64,000 nucleotides of DNA from Bdellovibrionales bacterium (GCA_964230645.1 CAXRHT010000002.1:1891175-1955174), one strand, 5' to 3'; positions 29,999 through 40,108 are shown, numbered from the stretch's first letter. Notes: generated by a model not told the origin, from the letters alone. Numbers and translations are program-made.

Positions 29999-31290
29999 TG
30001 GTACATAGAGCTTGAATTCTTTTTGTAAGCTTTATTGACGACACCCCAGATATTATCAAAGGGTCCGTTGGTTCCACCCGTTGAAGCGGGGGCTCGTCCA
30101 CCGGCCGCTTTAGCATACTTACTTAATTTTCTTTGTAGAGCTTTCTTATCGGCATTGGAATTTCCACCATTTTGAAAGTTTCCAAATTTACGGGGAGCGG
30201 CTCCACCGCCACCGCCGCCAGAGAAGCCTCCTCCTCCTCCGCCGCCGCCGCCGGAGCCCATATAGCCTTTATGGATATCTGTGTTCGGACCATCATCTCC
30301 TGTGCCGCCGGAACCTGATCCAGCCCCACCGCCGCCAGCACCCAGTGGCATTCCGCCACCCATCGCACCGCCAAAGCCAGCGCCACCAAAAGGATTGTTG
30401 CCAGCGCCACCATCATCACCTGAAGTCCCACCGGGTGTTCCTGCTTGAGAGCCATCACCGTTTAAAGTGATTCCCTGCCCTGCAGGATTTCCGTTTAAAC
30501 CGGCACTTGCAAGGCCGGCTCTGGTTCCACTGGGGTCGGATTGACCGACACACTCAATAAGAAGGTCGGCGAATTCGCCATCACACTTGTCTTCATCTTC
30601 ATCTAGATCTTCGTTCGTTGCCGCTGTTCCCACTCCATCTCTTTCACCAAGGCCTAACGCTTGCGCAAGTGCAGCCAGACCCGCTAGAATTTCACCTAAT
30701 TGCATATCTAAACTTGCTACAGCCGCCTGAGTTTTTGCCTGCTCATCGCGACATTGCTGAATACGCTGACCATCCTCGTCACCTAATCTATACTGTTCTT
30801 GTGCCTGGGCTTGTGCGCTTGGGTCTCTCGCTAAATCATTCCCTTGTTGGTAGTGTCTTTCTCCCTCATCAGAGCACTCCTGCTCACAACGACTAGTGGC
30901 CGCTTCACAAGCGGCTCTAACTTCAGCTAAAGACATCCGAGACGCTCTCCCGTTATCTAATCCACCATTCACTGCTTGAGCAGCTCCTTGTTCCGAACCT
31001 AAAAAGCGCCTCAAGCCTGTTGCCTCCTGAGCGGCCCGCATATGAGGGTTTTGAGAGCAATAAAGAGCCTGTTGTCGCTCAATGTTTTCGCAACCTCTAA
31101 GCTCATTGGCTCTCTGGGCGCTAAATTGTGAATGAGTACTCCCTGCTACACCTTCAGAAAATGAAGCTGGAGCAGGCGCGGAAGCTCCCCCCTGGCCTGT
31201 GGGATCAACGGCCGCACCATCGGTATTGCCCTGAGCGACCAAAGGGGTTGTAAAGATCATTAAAATAGTTGTCATCAGCATCTTAACCAT
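29989..31290 (-). CDS. Secreted Gly-rich hypothetical protein
   Basis: Signal peptide, Cys-containing helical region, long poly-Gly tail and C-terminal GPFDNIWGVVNKAY. Confidence 0.85.
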   Translation of the reverse strand: MVKMLMTTILMIFTTPLVAQGNTDGAAVDPTGQGGASAPAPASFSEGVAGSTHSQFSAQRANELRGCENIERQQALYCSQNPHMRAAQEATGLRRFLGSEQGAAQAVNGGLDNGRASRMSLAEVRAACEAATSRCEQECSDEGERHYQQGNDLARDPSAQAQAQEQYRLGDEDGQRIQQCRDEQAKTQAAVASLDMQLGEILAGLAALAQALGLGERDGVGTAATNEDLDEDEDKCDGEFADLLIECVGQSDPSGTRAGLASAGLNGNPAGQGITLNGDGSQAGTPGGTSGDDGGAGNNPFGGAGFGGAMGGGMPLGAGGGGAGSGSGGTGDDGPNTDIHKGYMGSGGGGGGGGGFSGGGGGGAAPRKFGNFQNGGNSNADKKALQRKLSKYAKAAGGRAPASTGGTNGPFDNIWGVVNKAYKKNSSSMYHQR

Positions 31291-31292
31291 AA

Positions 31293-32285
31293 TTAATACT
31301 CGCTATTGAAAAATTCTTTTTTCGTTTTCTTCTCAGTATATTTTTTATGAACAATCAAAAATAAATTCGCCATCCCAATTCCAATGGGATCACCATTGTA
31401 GTTTTTGCTAAGATTTGCCGCTTCACTGGCTGGAAGTCTTTTGTTTTTCTTTTTACCCAAATGGCGGTACTCAACTTCTTCAATGAATTTATCTTTTGAA
31501 GCAGAACTGTTTGATGCTCCAAAGGTACTTAGTGAACCAGGCTCCGGTTGCTTGGACGTGGCAGCTACAGCTCCACCGACAGCGGCCTCAGCTTCGCCCA
31601 TAGAAACACCCGCTTTTTGAGCGGCATCTTCTTTAACTTGTCCAATCTTATCCATTGCAGCTTGAGCAGCACCTGCGGACATTCCGTTATTCATCATTTT
31701 TTCCAAGGAGGCGAAATCATCGGCTGTAAAGGTTTGACCATCAGGTCCCGTCACACTTCCATCGGAGTTTGTGGTGTATCCCATTTCAGCAAGCTGAGAG
31801 AGGGCGTCCTCGGCTTGAGCTTGCTGAATATCATTTCCTCCCCCACTGGCGTCATAATCTCCGCCTCCACCACCATGGGTGGGATCAATATAGGTTCCTG
31901 TTTCAAAGGCGGCTTGCTTAGCTGAGCCACCTGACATGGCATCCATGAAAGACATGGCGGCCAAGGGACACGCCCACTGGCCTCCCATTTGAGGGCAAAT
32001 AGCGGCAAATCCCGCTCCCATAGCCATTCCTAGCATTTGGACAGCCGAGCCTTTGGATTGCCCGTCGTTGGTTCCCTGAAGGCCACCCTGTTGGGTTACA
32101 AAACCTTCTTCTTCCATCACACCTTCAAGATCCTCACTACCGGCACTACCGTTTGAAGAGTCGCCACCGTCAGTCAGGTTGGTGCGTTGTCGTTCATCAA
32201 CGAGGAATTCATTACCATCAGAAAGTGTTTGCCCCATGGCAAACAGTGGGAAAATAAAAATAGCAATAGAAATGATACGAATCAT
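31293..32285 (-). CDS. Secreted Gly/Ala/Met-rich hypothetical protein
   Basis: RBS GGGGGA; signal peptide; hydrophobic hairpin with a CP..CP pair; C-terminal GIGMANLFLIVHKKY. Confidence 0.85.
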   Translation of the reverse strand: MIRIISIAIFIFPLFAMGQTLSDGNEFLVDERQRTNLTDGGDSSNGSAGSEDLEGVMEEEGFVTQQGGLQGTNDGQSKGSAVQMLGMAMGAGFAAICPQMGGQWACPLAAMSFMDAMSGGSAKQAAFETGTYIDPTHGGGGGDYDASGGGNDIQQAQAEDALSQLAEMGYTTNSDGSVTGPDGQTFTADDFASLEKMMNNGMSAGAAQAAMDKIGQVKEDAAQKAGVSMGEAEAAVGGAVAATSKQPEPGSLSTFGASNSSASKDKFIEEVEYRHLGKKKNKRLPASEAANLSKNYNGDPIGIGMANLFLIVHKKYTEKKTKKEFFNSEY

Positions 32286-32458
32286 TCTTTAATCCCCCTA
32301 TTTCTCTTTCCCTTATCGGACCTAAATCCTTAAAACAATAGGCCTAATGATCGGAAAAGATACGACCACTTATTATTTTAAGGGTAAGAATAGTGGAATA
32401 CCTAAGACTGATTGGTAAAGTGTTTCAAACTGATTCACAAATCTCAAATCGAGACAAT

Positions 32459-33655
32459 TTAGTGATCGATTGTGGGTAAATCCTTGTGGCTTTTCGCTCC
32501 GAGTTTTTCCATTTTCTGGGCCTGCACCAGAACACGAGAATTGAGCCTTTTAAGGCCCACCTCGTAACTTTCTTCAGCGGATTTGAGACTTTTACCGATT
32601 TGAAAGTAAGCGTCCATAAAATCACTGACCCTTTTATGGAGCTCTTTTCCAATCTTTGAAATCTCTTCAGCATTTTTATTCAAACGCTCTTCATTCCATC
32701 CAAATCGTATAACTTTTAAGAGGCCAACGAATGTTGGAGGAGTCGCTATGAGAATTTTCTTTTCCAATGCAAACTCAACAAGATCTGGCTGTGTCTCAAG
32801 TGCTGCGTATAAAAAGGACTCGTTGGGTAGAAACATAACTGTGAAGTCTGCACTCTTTTTAAACTGTTCCCCATAGGATTTGCGTCCCAGCTTTACCACA
32901 TGCTCTCGAACCTGCTTTCCATGGCGTAACATTTCTTTACTCTTCAGCTCGTCGGACTCCGCCTCTAAGCTTTCTAAAAAACCATCCAAAGGCGTTTTTG
33001 CGTCAACCACGACCACTCTTCCTCCAGGCATTTTTACTGTCATGTCAGGAATGAGTGTCTTACCCTCCTCGGTATTAGTGTCTTGAAAAACCACATCTGA
33101 AAACTCAGACATGCCTGCAAGCTCCACGCAGTTTTTAAGCTGCACCTCTCCCCACTGGCCACGAATATGAGGCTTTTTCAAAGCATCTTTCAAAGCTCTT
33201 GTCTCTTTCGATAAGGTGGCACTATTTTCTACCACCTTTTTTATTTCGTTCTCCACTAGAGCGTAAGAGCGCTGTCTCTCTCTTTCCATTGAAGTCACTT
33301 CTTTTTGAAACTGCCCTAGGGTTTCCTTAAGAGGTGAAACAATATTTTCAATCTCAATTTTTTTGGAATCAAATCGGGACATGGTTTGTTCTTGATAATT
33401 TTTGAGGGTGATTTCCGCCATTTTAAGAAACTCTTCATTAGACCCTTTGAGAGCTTGCTGGGCCAATTGGTCAAAGCGCTGCCCAATTTCCTCTTTGAAC
33501 ACTTCCATTCTCTTATTTTGCTCTTGGATTTCTTGCTCTTTAGAAAGAAGTCTTTCACGTAGCTGTATTAATTCTTGATAATGCCTAAGCCACCGGTAAC
33601 CACCAATAAGTCCGATGAGCGATAAAACTCCGATAATAATAGAAAGAGTCAGCAC
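32459..33655 (-). CDS. rmuC: DNA recombination protein RmuC
   Basis: N-terminal TM, coiled coil, RGQWGEVQL, PD..V..P, VDAKTPL, MFLPNE and ATP.T. Confidence 0.93.
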   Translation of the reverse strand: MLTLSIIIGVLSLIGLIGGYRWLRHYQELIQLRERLLSKEQEIQEQNKRMEVFKEEIGQRFDQLAQQALKGSNEEFLKMAEITLKNYQEQTMSRFDSKKIEIENIVSPLKETLGQFQKEVTSMERERQRSYALVENEIKKVVENSATLSKETRALKDALKKPHIRGQWGEVQLKNCVELAGMSEFSDVVFQDTNTEEGKTLIPDMTVKMPGGRVVVVDAKTPLDGFLESLEAESDELKSKEMLRHGKQVREHVVKLGRKSYGEQFKKSADFTVMFLPNESFLYAALETQPDLVEFALEKKILIATPPTFVGLLKVIRFGWNEERLNKNAEEISKIGKELHKRVSDFMDAYFQIGKSLKSAEESYEVGLKRLNSRVLVQAQKMEKLGAKSHKDLPTIDH

Positions 33656-33993
33656 GGTTTTTCTCCTGTCTTGTTTACGAATTGTCTTAACATACTATTG
33701 TTATCGAAAAGACAATTCGAATAGGAACATTTGTATAAAAATTTTCTTCGATAAGCTCTCACTTTTTATAAAAAATTTTCATTGCTTTTGTAAATTGGAC
33801 GCAGCGCTAATGGAACTATTTTTTGAAAATATTACATGGCTTTCTAAGGCACTAGAACTACTGATTATTTTTAATTTTTTGATCTGGACTTGAGTCGTCC
33901 GTTTGGAAAGATTTTTTAAAATAAAATGCTATAATCACTATAAGAATTTATATCTTTACTTTTAAGCTTATAAATCTGAAAACAGTTCCAGTG

Positions 33994-34010
33994 CTGGTTC
34001 CAAATTGGCA
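33994..34010 (+). promoter_or_regulatory. Possible sigma54 promoter
   Basis: CTGGTTCCAAATTGGCA has GG-N10-GC spacing and follows a long AT-rich region; ~43 nt before ATG 34053. Confidence 0.3.
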
Positions 34011-34052
34011 CTACATTAAAAGGGGAACCATACAAATCCTGGGGGGGACTAA

Positions 34053-34727
34053 ATGGGGATCAAGCAAAGCGACATCAATGCCTTTAACGAGCCGGAGTCA
34101 CAGGGATTCATCTTTGACACGGCTCGATCTTTTTTAAAACGACATTCAAACCCTGAGTTCCTGTTGGGGCAGTTAAAAGCTCTCCTGGCCGAAGGACAGA
34201 CCGAACCCTGCTGTGACATGATTCAATTAATCATTCGAGAAAATCATGAATTGGCTGACTATAATTCTATTTACCTTTTAAGAGCCCAGGTCGCTTTAGA
34301 AAGAGGCGATGATCAAGGGGAAGTGCTGGCTTGGCTTCAACAGGCCCGTATGTGTGCCAAACAAGTCGAATCTGTGGAGCCTTGGGATCAATTGATCGAA
34401 GGGAAATTGGCTCTCAAAGAAGGTGACTACCAACATGGGCAGAAGGTCCTTGAAGTTCTTCAAAATTTCGAACAAGTGGCTACCTACGCAAAAATGGAGC
34501 TGGCCCATCACCTTTTTTGGAGAAATATAAATCCAACTCGGGCTATTCTCTTGTTAGAAGAAGTCACTTACGAACGTCCCGGCTACGTTCAAGCTTGGTC
34601 GTGCCTCGGTTATGCCTATGGACGCCTTGGCGACAAAGAAAAGGCACAAGAGGCTTTCGGACACTGTATCGAACTCGATTCCAACCCAAATCGGATTAAA
34701 ATTTATAAACAATTGATAGCTTCTTAA
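34053..34727 (+). CDS. Tetratricopeptide repeat protein
   Basis: AWSCLGYAYGRLGDKEKAQEAFGHCIELDS is a canonical TPR. Confidence 0.85.
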   Translation: MGIKQSDINAFNEPESQGFIFDTARSFLKRHSNPEFLLGQLKALLAEGQTEPCCDMIQLIIRENHELADYNSIYLLRAQVALERGDDQGEVLAWLQQARMCAKQVESVEPWDQLIEGKLALKEGDYQHGQKVLEVLQNFEQVATYAKMELAHHLFWRNINPTRAILLLEEVTYERPGYVQAWSCLGYAYGRLGDKEKAQEAFGHCIELDSNPNRIKIYKQLIAS

Positions 34728-34748
34728 AAAAACGCTCTGTTTTTTGAG

Positions 34749-34779
34749 AAAAGGGTCTTAACGAAAAGACCCTTTTTTT
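34749..34779. terminator. Bidirectional intrinsic terminator
   Basis: AAAAGGGTCTT-AACGAA-AAGACCCTTTTTT between convergent genes. Confidence 0.8.
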
Positions 34780-35566
34780 ATGTCAGTTGAAGATCAAACT
34801 GCCCCACAAGAACATTTCCTTGAGTCGAATCTTCTATAAAATCGACCACTAAACTTTGTCGTTGGTCCTCTGAAAGATTGGGCCCCTGTAGGAGAAGGTC
34901 TTTTTCGTTAAGTTCTTGAATGAAATCATTGTCTTTGATTTTGTCTCCTCGAAAATACATCTGAGTGACAAATTGCTCATGCCCGGTTGCTGAAACAAGG
35001 AAATGAATATGGGGCGGACGATACCACTGACTTGATAAATCAGCGGGATAAAAACCTGGAACGATCGTTTGAAACTCAAACTCACCCTTGCTGTTCGTAA
35101 CGGCTTTTCCCCAGGATTGAAAGTAAGGATCCAATGTTCTTTCAATAAGTTTTCCATCCCGTGGATCTTTAAAACTCTGATTTTGAGCATCCCCTATATG
35201 ATTGTAACGCCCCGACTCCGAAGCCTGCCAAATGATAATAGTGGCATCAGGAATGGGTCGACAATCTCGGTCCTGAAGAACTCCATATATTTGTACTTTT
35301 TGACCTTTAGCCTCACCATCTTTGCCTTGAATGAAAGTCAGGTCGTTATCGTTTGACAAGAAGATTGGAATCGAACCATCAGGATTTTCTTTTATCGGGT
35401 CCACTGGAGTTCCCGGCCTAGGGAAAAAAGGCCCTAGTGGTTGTCCGCCAGTGCTCAACCCGCAAACGCGTGCAAAGGCACTAGAAGCTGTTAAGGTTCC
35501 CGCCGTTCCAAGTCCCCAACCAAAAAAACGACGACGACTAATATTCTGCTTTTTTTCTTTGCGCAT
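34778..35566 (-). CDS. Intradiol ring-cleavage dioxygenase family protein with Tat signal
   Basis: SRRRFFG twin-arginine motif; GPFF, IWQA...GRY, TIVPGFY and RPPHIHF iron ligands. Start MRKEK with RBS AGGAG. Confidence 0.9.
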   Translation of the reverse strand: MRKEKKQNISRRRFFGWGLGTAGTLTASSAFARVCGLSTGGQPLGPFFPRPGTPVDPIKENPDGSIPIFLSNDNDLTFIQGKDGEAKGQKVQIYGVLQDRDCRPIPDATIIIWQASESGRYNHIGDAQNQSFKDPRDGKLIERTLDPYFQSWGKAVTNSKGEFEFQTIVPGFYPADLSSQWYRPPHIHFLVSATGHEQFVTQMYFRGDKIKDNDFIQELNEKDLLLQGPNLSEDQRQSLVVDFIEDSTQGNVLVGQFDLQLT

Positions 35567-35663
35567 AAACTTCTCCTTTTTTGAAGAACTCTTCAATTCA
35601 CTGCTAATCTAGCGGGGATTTGCTATTGACGAAACTTAAATACAACTATATCAATCATAGCCT

Positions 35664-36530
35664 ATGGCTATGTTACCGTCTTTCAACGACATCAGTTATT
35701 TTATAGAGGTTGCGAACACTAAGAATATTTCACGTGCAGCGGAAAGACTGGGGATCACTCAACCCAGTTTGAGTTCGGCGATTAAGAGACTTGAAGATTC
35801 TATGGGAACCCAACTCCTGATTCGTAGCCGCTCAGGAGTTCAATTGACCAAAGCCGGAGGAGAACTGCAGTCAAAAGGCCGCCTTTTGTTACTCAATTGG
35901 GAGCAATTAAAAGCGGAAATCACCCGGAGAGACGAGACGGTCTCAGGAGAGTATGTCATTGGTTGTCACCCATCGGTGGCTTTATACACACTCCCCCATT
36001 TCCTACCTGGTCTCATGCAAAAATACCCTGAACTTGAAATTAAACTGGTTCATGATCTTTCACGAAAAGTCACCGAAGGGGTCATTAGTTATCAAATCGA
36101 TTTTGGGTTAGTTGTAAATCCGGTGAAACACCCCGACCTGGTTATTCGTGAGTTGTGCCAAGATGAAGTTGGCTTTTGGGTGGCTAAAAAATCAACTGAG
36201 GCTCAGAGTCCTGATTCAGAAAAATCCACCCTAATCTGTGATCCAAATTTGCAACAGACTCAAAAACTTCTTGTGGATTTAGCGAAGAAGAAAATCCACT
36301 TCAAAAGAAAGATCTACTCATCCAATCTTGAAGTCATAACAGACCTCACTATGAAAGGAGCTGGTGTGGGAATATTACCTGCCAGGGTTGCAACCCGTCA
36401 TAAGACCTTCGGCCTCCAAACCATAAGTTCTAATTATCCCTCCTTCAGAGATCGCATCTGTTTGGTTTACCGTGCAGACTCTCAAAAAACGAAAGCGAGA
36501 GAAACTATTTTAAATTCGATCCGTCTTTAG
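35664..36530 (+). CDS. LysR-family transcriptional regulator
   Basis: NISRAAERLGITQPSLSSAIKRLE HTH and LTKAG; divergent from the dioxygenase. Confidence 0.95.
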   Translation: MAMLPSFNDISYFIEVANTKNISRAAERLGITQPSLSSAIKRLEDSMGTQLLIRSRSGVQLTKAGGELQSKGRLLLLNWEQLKAEITRRDETVSGEYVIGCHPSVALYTLPHFLPGLMQKYPELEIKLVHDLSRKVTEGVISYQIDFGLVVNPVKHPDLVIRELCQDEVGFWVAKKSTEAQSPDSEKSTLICDPNLQQTQKLLVDLAKKKIHFKRKIYSSNLEVITDLTMKGAGVGILPARVATRHKTFGLQTISSNYPSFRDRICLVYRADSQKTKARETILNSIRL

Positions 36531-37400
36531 AGTTGACCGATAGAATTCTGGTCTATTGAATAAAGCATTCCAATTAAAAAATGCAAAATACACGCAGACC
36601 TGACTGAAAAAAAGTCCATGGCCTCCTAATACAAGGGAAACCCCAATATGAAAACTCAACCAAAGAAACGGGTATATCCATTTAAAAGGTCGAAAAAAGG
36701 CTAACGGTGAAAAAAGCTCAATAATGATGACAACCACAAATGCCAAGATATTGCAGAGCTCTTTTGGTTGATCAAGAATCCAACGAGTCAAAACATTTTT
36801 TTGAGGATTAATAAATAGAGTAAGATAAAGCCCATCTTCCAAAAACCAATCAAAACCACTTGAAACTATTTTTTGAGCACCAATTGAAAAGAAGCTTAGG
36901 ATTGTTAAAGTTTGAATCGTAGCTAGAGGCCATCGGTAAATCCAACGAGGGTTCGGTACGGTTTTTTTTGTTTTTAGTGAATCCATAGACAGAGAATCTC
37001 CAGAAGGGCTCAGACTCAAAATAATGAGCGCCATTAAAAATAGCTGGCTTCCGTGGTCAACCTTTCCAAAATTGTTTCCGTACCCGAAGATAACCAATGA
37101 TAAAAGACAAAGAATAGGCATCGAAAATCGAGTGAATATTCCTAACAAACCTAACCATGAGACAATGGGGAATAAATACTCAATCCAAATAATTTGAGAC
37201 TGACCTAATCCATTTTCAAAAATATGAAAAATACCTACTGGCTCATATTCAAAGTAAACTGTTTTCAGAAGTGTTATTGACCAAATTCGTGGGAAAATGA
37301 AAATTATGTATAAGCAGAATACAATTCTCAAGAAAGCTAAAGAATCTGACCTTTGTGGTTTGAAATAAAAGTTTTTTATCCGTTCAGTATATTTCATCAA
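36510..37400 (-). CDS. HTTM-domain membrane protein (vitamin K-dependent gamma-carboxylase/SdpB-like)
   Basis: SLAFLRI, LLGIFTR, KVDH, LSMDS, GAQK....DW, IEL and FHIG pattern with multiple TMs. Confidence 0.75.
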   Translation of the reverse strand: MMKYTERIKNFYFKPQRSDSLAFLRIVFCLYIIFIFPRIWSITLLKTVYFEYEPVGIFHIFENGLGQSQIIWIEYLFPIVSWLGLLGIFTRFSMPILCLLSLVIFGYGNNFGKVDHGSQLFLMALIILSLSPSGDSLSMDSLKTKKTVPNPRWIYRWPLATIQTLTILSFFSIGAQKIVSSGFDWFLEDGLYLTLFINPQKNVLTRWILDQPKELCNILAFVVVIIIELFSPLAFFRPFKWIYPFLWLSFHIGVSLVLGGHGLFFSQVCVYFAFFNWNALFNRPEFYRSTLKTDRI

Positions 37401-37833
37401 TTACTATTATTTTGTAGTCTGGTGAATTCATGTTGCTGGTTTTCAATTCGGACCAGTATAAAATCTCTAGTCTTAATTTTTGGCCTTTTACTATATTAAA
37501 ATTATCAGCGATTAGGACACTTATCCTTGGTTTAAGGTCCTGAATTACTGTTGCAATGTTTCTATTCTCCACTATCACGTTGAAATCGTCGGTGCCCGTA
37601 ATGTTTTTAAAAAATTCTTTAATTTTTCGAGTGAAAACCCAGTAGTTCGTCCCTTGATTTCCGGGATTTTCAATTTCATCAATGACAACGTTTACCTTAA
37701 TGATTTGATGAAAATGACCGAAAGAACGATACATTCCCCACTGAGTTAGGGGAAAGTCCTCACGGTGGAAATACATCTGACTCGATTGACCTATAGTTAT
37801 GAATAATAGAAAAAATGAACAGACAGCCTTCAT
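37384..37833 (-). CDS. HTTM partner protein (SdpA/DUF5819-like)
   Basis: N-terminal TM then FPLTQWGMY; overlaps the HTTM gene start. Confidence 0.55.
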   Translation of the reverse strand: MKAVCSFFLLFITIGQSSQMYFHREDFPLTQWGMYRSFGHFHQIIKVNVVIDEIENPGNQGTNYWVFTRKIKEFFKNITGTDDFNVIVENRNIATVIQDLKPRISVLIADNFNIVKGQKLRLEILYWSELKTSNMNSPDYKIIVIDEIY

Positions 37834-37971
37834 TAAGTTGTATTTTACCTTTTTTTTACAGCCACTCTAAATGGTTTTTTAGTATTTCTACCAAAAGCTA
37901 CGATAAAATTTATGTTTGCAAATGATAAAACTATTTTCTATCGTAAATTACTGTTTTCTTAAGGAAAATAT

Positions 37972-39033
37972 ATGACAACGTGGAAATTAGGAAAAAAATC
38001 AGACATTCACCTTGAACTGACTTCCAGCTGTCAGGCTAAATGTCCTCATTGTTCTCGAATTTTTGACTTTAACCCCAAAGTCCCAGGTAGTTTTAAGGTG
38101 GACAGTTGGGATATTGAAGAATTAAAAAAGGTATTCCCGCCCCCTCTTCTACAAGATATTCGTTCTTTTTTATTGTGTGGAAACAGTGGAGATCCTCTAG
38201 CGTTTCCTGATATCGCTGAGTTTATTTCTTATTTGAGGTCTCATAATCCGAATTTAAAAATCTCTATACATACAAATGGGGGCTTAGGTAACCAAAGAAC
38301 CTGGGAAAAACTAGGAGGATTATTACAGTCGAGAGATTTTTTCCTCACATTTTCTATCGATGGACTAAAAGATACGAACCACCTTTACCGCATTGGAGTG
38401 CAGTGGCAGAAGATAATGGAGAACGCAAAAACCTTCATTGACTCAGGAGGATTCGCGGCATGGAAATTTTTATCCTTTAAACATAGTCGCCACCAGGTAG
38501 CGGATGCTGAAAGATTGGCCCGTTCAATGGGGTTCAAACTTTTTTATGTAAAAGAGCCTCACCCTGGAACTCACTCCATCGACTTTGAAAAATCAACTAA
38601 TGAAACCTTTGAATTGGAAGACCTATCTCACAGAAGCGATAAAGAGATTGAAAATATGGCTTTAGAAGAAGTTTCCGGCGCAATAGAGAATTTTTCTACG
38701 CTTGAAGATGTAAAGATCTCTTGTAAGGTCTTTGAAGCACGGTCGATATATGTAGATTCTCACAAGATGGTCTGGCCTTGTTGCTGGATCGGTAACGTCG
38801 GTCTAATGAGAAAAGGAGGAGTGCTACGAGAGGAGTTTTCCCGTAAAATGGAATCTCTGGGATTTGAAAAAAACTTTAACCACCTGAGCTACAATTCCCT
38901 TGATAAAATTTTACAGTCGCCCTTTTTCGAACACATTTTACCCGAATCCTGGTCAAAAAAAAATGTCGACTCTTTCAGGTGTTTTGGTACGTGTTTACAA
39001 ACCTGCGGGCAATCCTATAGACGACCAGATTAA
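37972..39033 (+). CDS. Radical SAM enzyme with C-terminal Twitch/SPASM-like Cys cluster
   Basis: CQAKCPHC, GNSGDP, TNGG, FSIDG; C-terminal C...VWPCC...CLQTC. Confidence 0.9.
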   Translation: MTTWKLGKKSDIHLELTSSCQAKCPHCSRIFDFNPKVPGSFKVDSWDIEELKKVFPPPLLQDIRSFLLCGNSGDPLAFPDIAEFISYLRSHNPNLKISIHTNGGLGNQRTWEKLGGLLQSRDFFLTFSIDGLKDTNHLYRIGVQWQKIMENAKTFIDSGGFAAWKFLSFKHSRHQVADAERLARSMGFKLFYVKEPHPGTHSIDFEKSTNETFELEDLSHRSDKEIENMALEEVSGAIENFSTLEDVKISCKVFEARSIYVDSHKMVWPCCWIGNVGLMRKGGVLREEFSRKMESLGFEKNFNHLSYNSLDKILQSPFFEHILPESWSKKNVDSFRCFGTCLQTCGQSYRRPD

Positions 39034-39037
39034 AATT

Positions 39038-40063
39038 ATGAAAAAATTCAAATTTTTATCTTATATACTGTTAGTCAATTTGCTGATTTTTGTTATATTG
39101 GTTTTATGCTTGGAACTTTTTTACCCGAAACATCAAGTTTGGGGTAAACATAAGTGGGACTACTCCTCCCCTTTAGCGAAATCAAAAAAGAAAGTCTTGG
39201 GCTACGGCGGCGCCCCATTTGATACAATTCAAGCTCAGAGATACTTCAATGAAGAATTAATCTACGATGTTACTTACAATTTGAATTCTTATGGATGGCG
39301 TAAAGTTCCCAATCCTGAGCATAGAGATTTCAAGCACTTCTTATTATTACTAGGTGGTTCCAATGTTTTTGGAGAGGGAGTCAAAGAAGATCAAACTTTC
39401 GCTTTTCAACTACAAAAAAAATCAAATCTATTTCAACCCTATATCTATGCCTTCCCAGGTTACGGTCCTCAGCATATTTTAAGACTTTTAGAAGCCTACC
39501 CATACGCTCAAGAAATTGGCCCCAAAACAGGAATCGGTCTTTATTTCTACTATCCGTTTCATAAGGAGCGTCTGATTGGCACAGACAAGTTTTATCGCTG
39601 GAGTAAAGCGCCCTCCCCCTATTACAGAGTCGTGGATAAGAAAATTAAGTTTTTAGGAATGGACACAGAAGTGATTCCCATAAAACGTTTTCTTTTGAGA
39701 ATCTGGGGACGGTCCACACTGGGTCGTAAGTTTAATTTGCACTTTCCCTCTATAGAAAGTCCAGAATCTAATACACTTTTATGTATGACTTTTGAAGAAA
39801 TGCGACGAGTTTTCAAAAGAAATCATCCTAGAAGTCGGTTCTATATTGTTTTGGCCCCATTTTTGCGAACTAATTATCAAGAGCTCATTTCATCATGCCT
39901 GGAACCTAACGAAATACCTTATTTGGATTTGAATGCAGGGTTAAGGAGTGACTACAGTCAACTGGTTATCAAACCGGGTATTGATGAACACCTGTCGATA
40001 CAAGGGCATGAATGGCTCTCTGCGATACTTGAAAAACGTTTAAATGCCATTAAACCAGATTAG
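39038..40063 (+). CDS. Membrane-anchored SGNH/GDSL-family protein
   Basis: N-terminal TM; NSYGWR, LGGSNVFGEGV, PGYG and DEHLS..GH. Start placed at MKKFKF. Confidence 0.8.
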   Translation: MKKFKFLSYILLVNLLIFVILVLCLELFYPKHQVWGKHKWDYSSPLAKSKKKVLGYGGAPFDTIQAQRYFNEELIYDVTYNLNSYGWRKVPNPEHRDFKHFLLLLGGSNVFGEGVKEDQTFAFQLQKKSNLFQPYIYAFPGYGPQHILRLLEAYPYAQEIGPKTGIGLYFYYPFHKERLIGTDKFYRWSKAPSPYYRVVDKKIKFLGMDTEVIPIKRFLLRIWGRSTLGRKFNLHFPSIESPESNTLLCMTFEEMRRVFKRNHPRSRFYIVLAPFLRTNYQELISSCLEPNEIPYLDLNAGLRSDYSQLVIKPGIDEHLSIQGHEWLSAILEKRLNAIKPD

Positions 40064-40108
40064 CTTCAGGGTATTTCTTTACTTTCTTCAACATGGTATT
40101 CTTTAGCT

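Noticed and set aside
30200..30420. GCC/CCG-rich tandem repeat
   Set aside because: It only encodes the poly-Gly tract of the 29989-31290 protein.
33656..34052. AT-rich intergenic region as oriC, or ORF 33615-33893
   Set aside because: No clustered DnaA boxes (the TTATCCACA matches seen are isolated and inside genes), and the ORF lacks an RBS. It is more likely a divergent promoter region.
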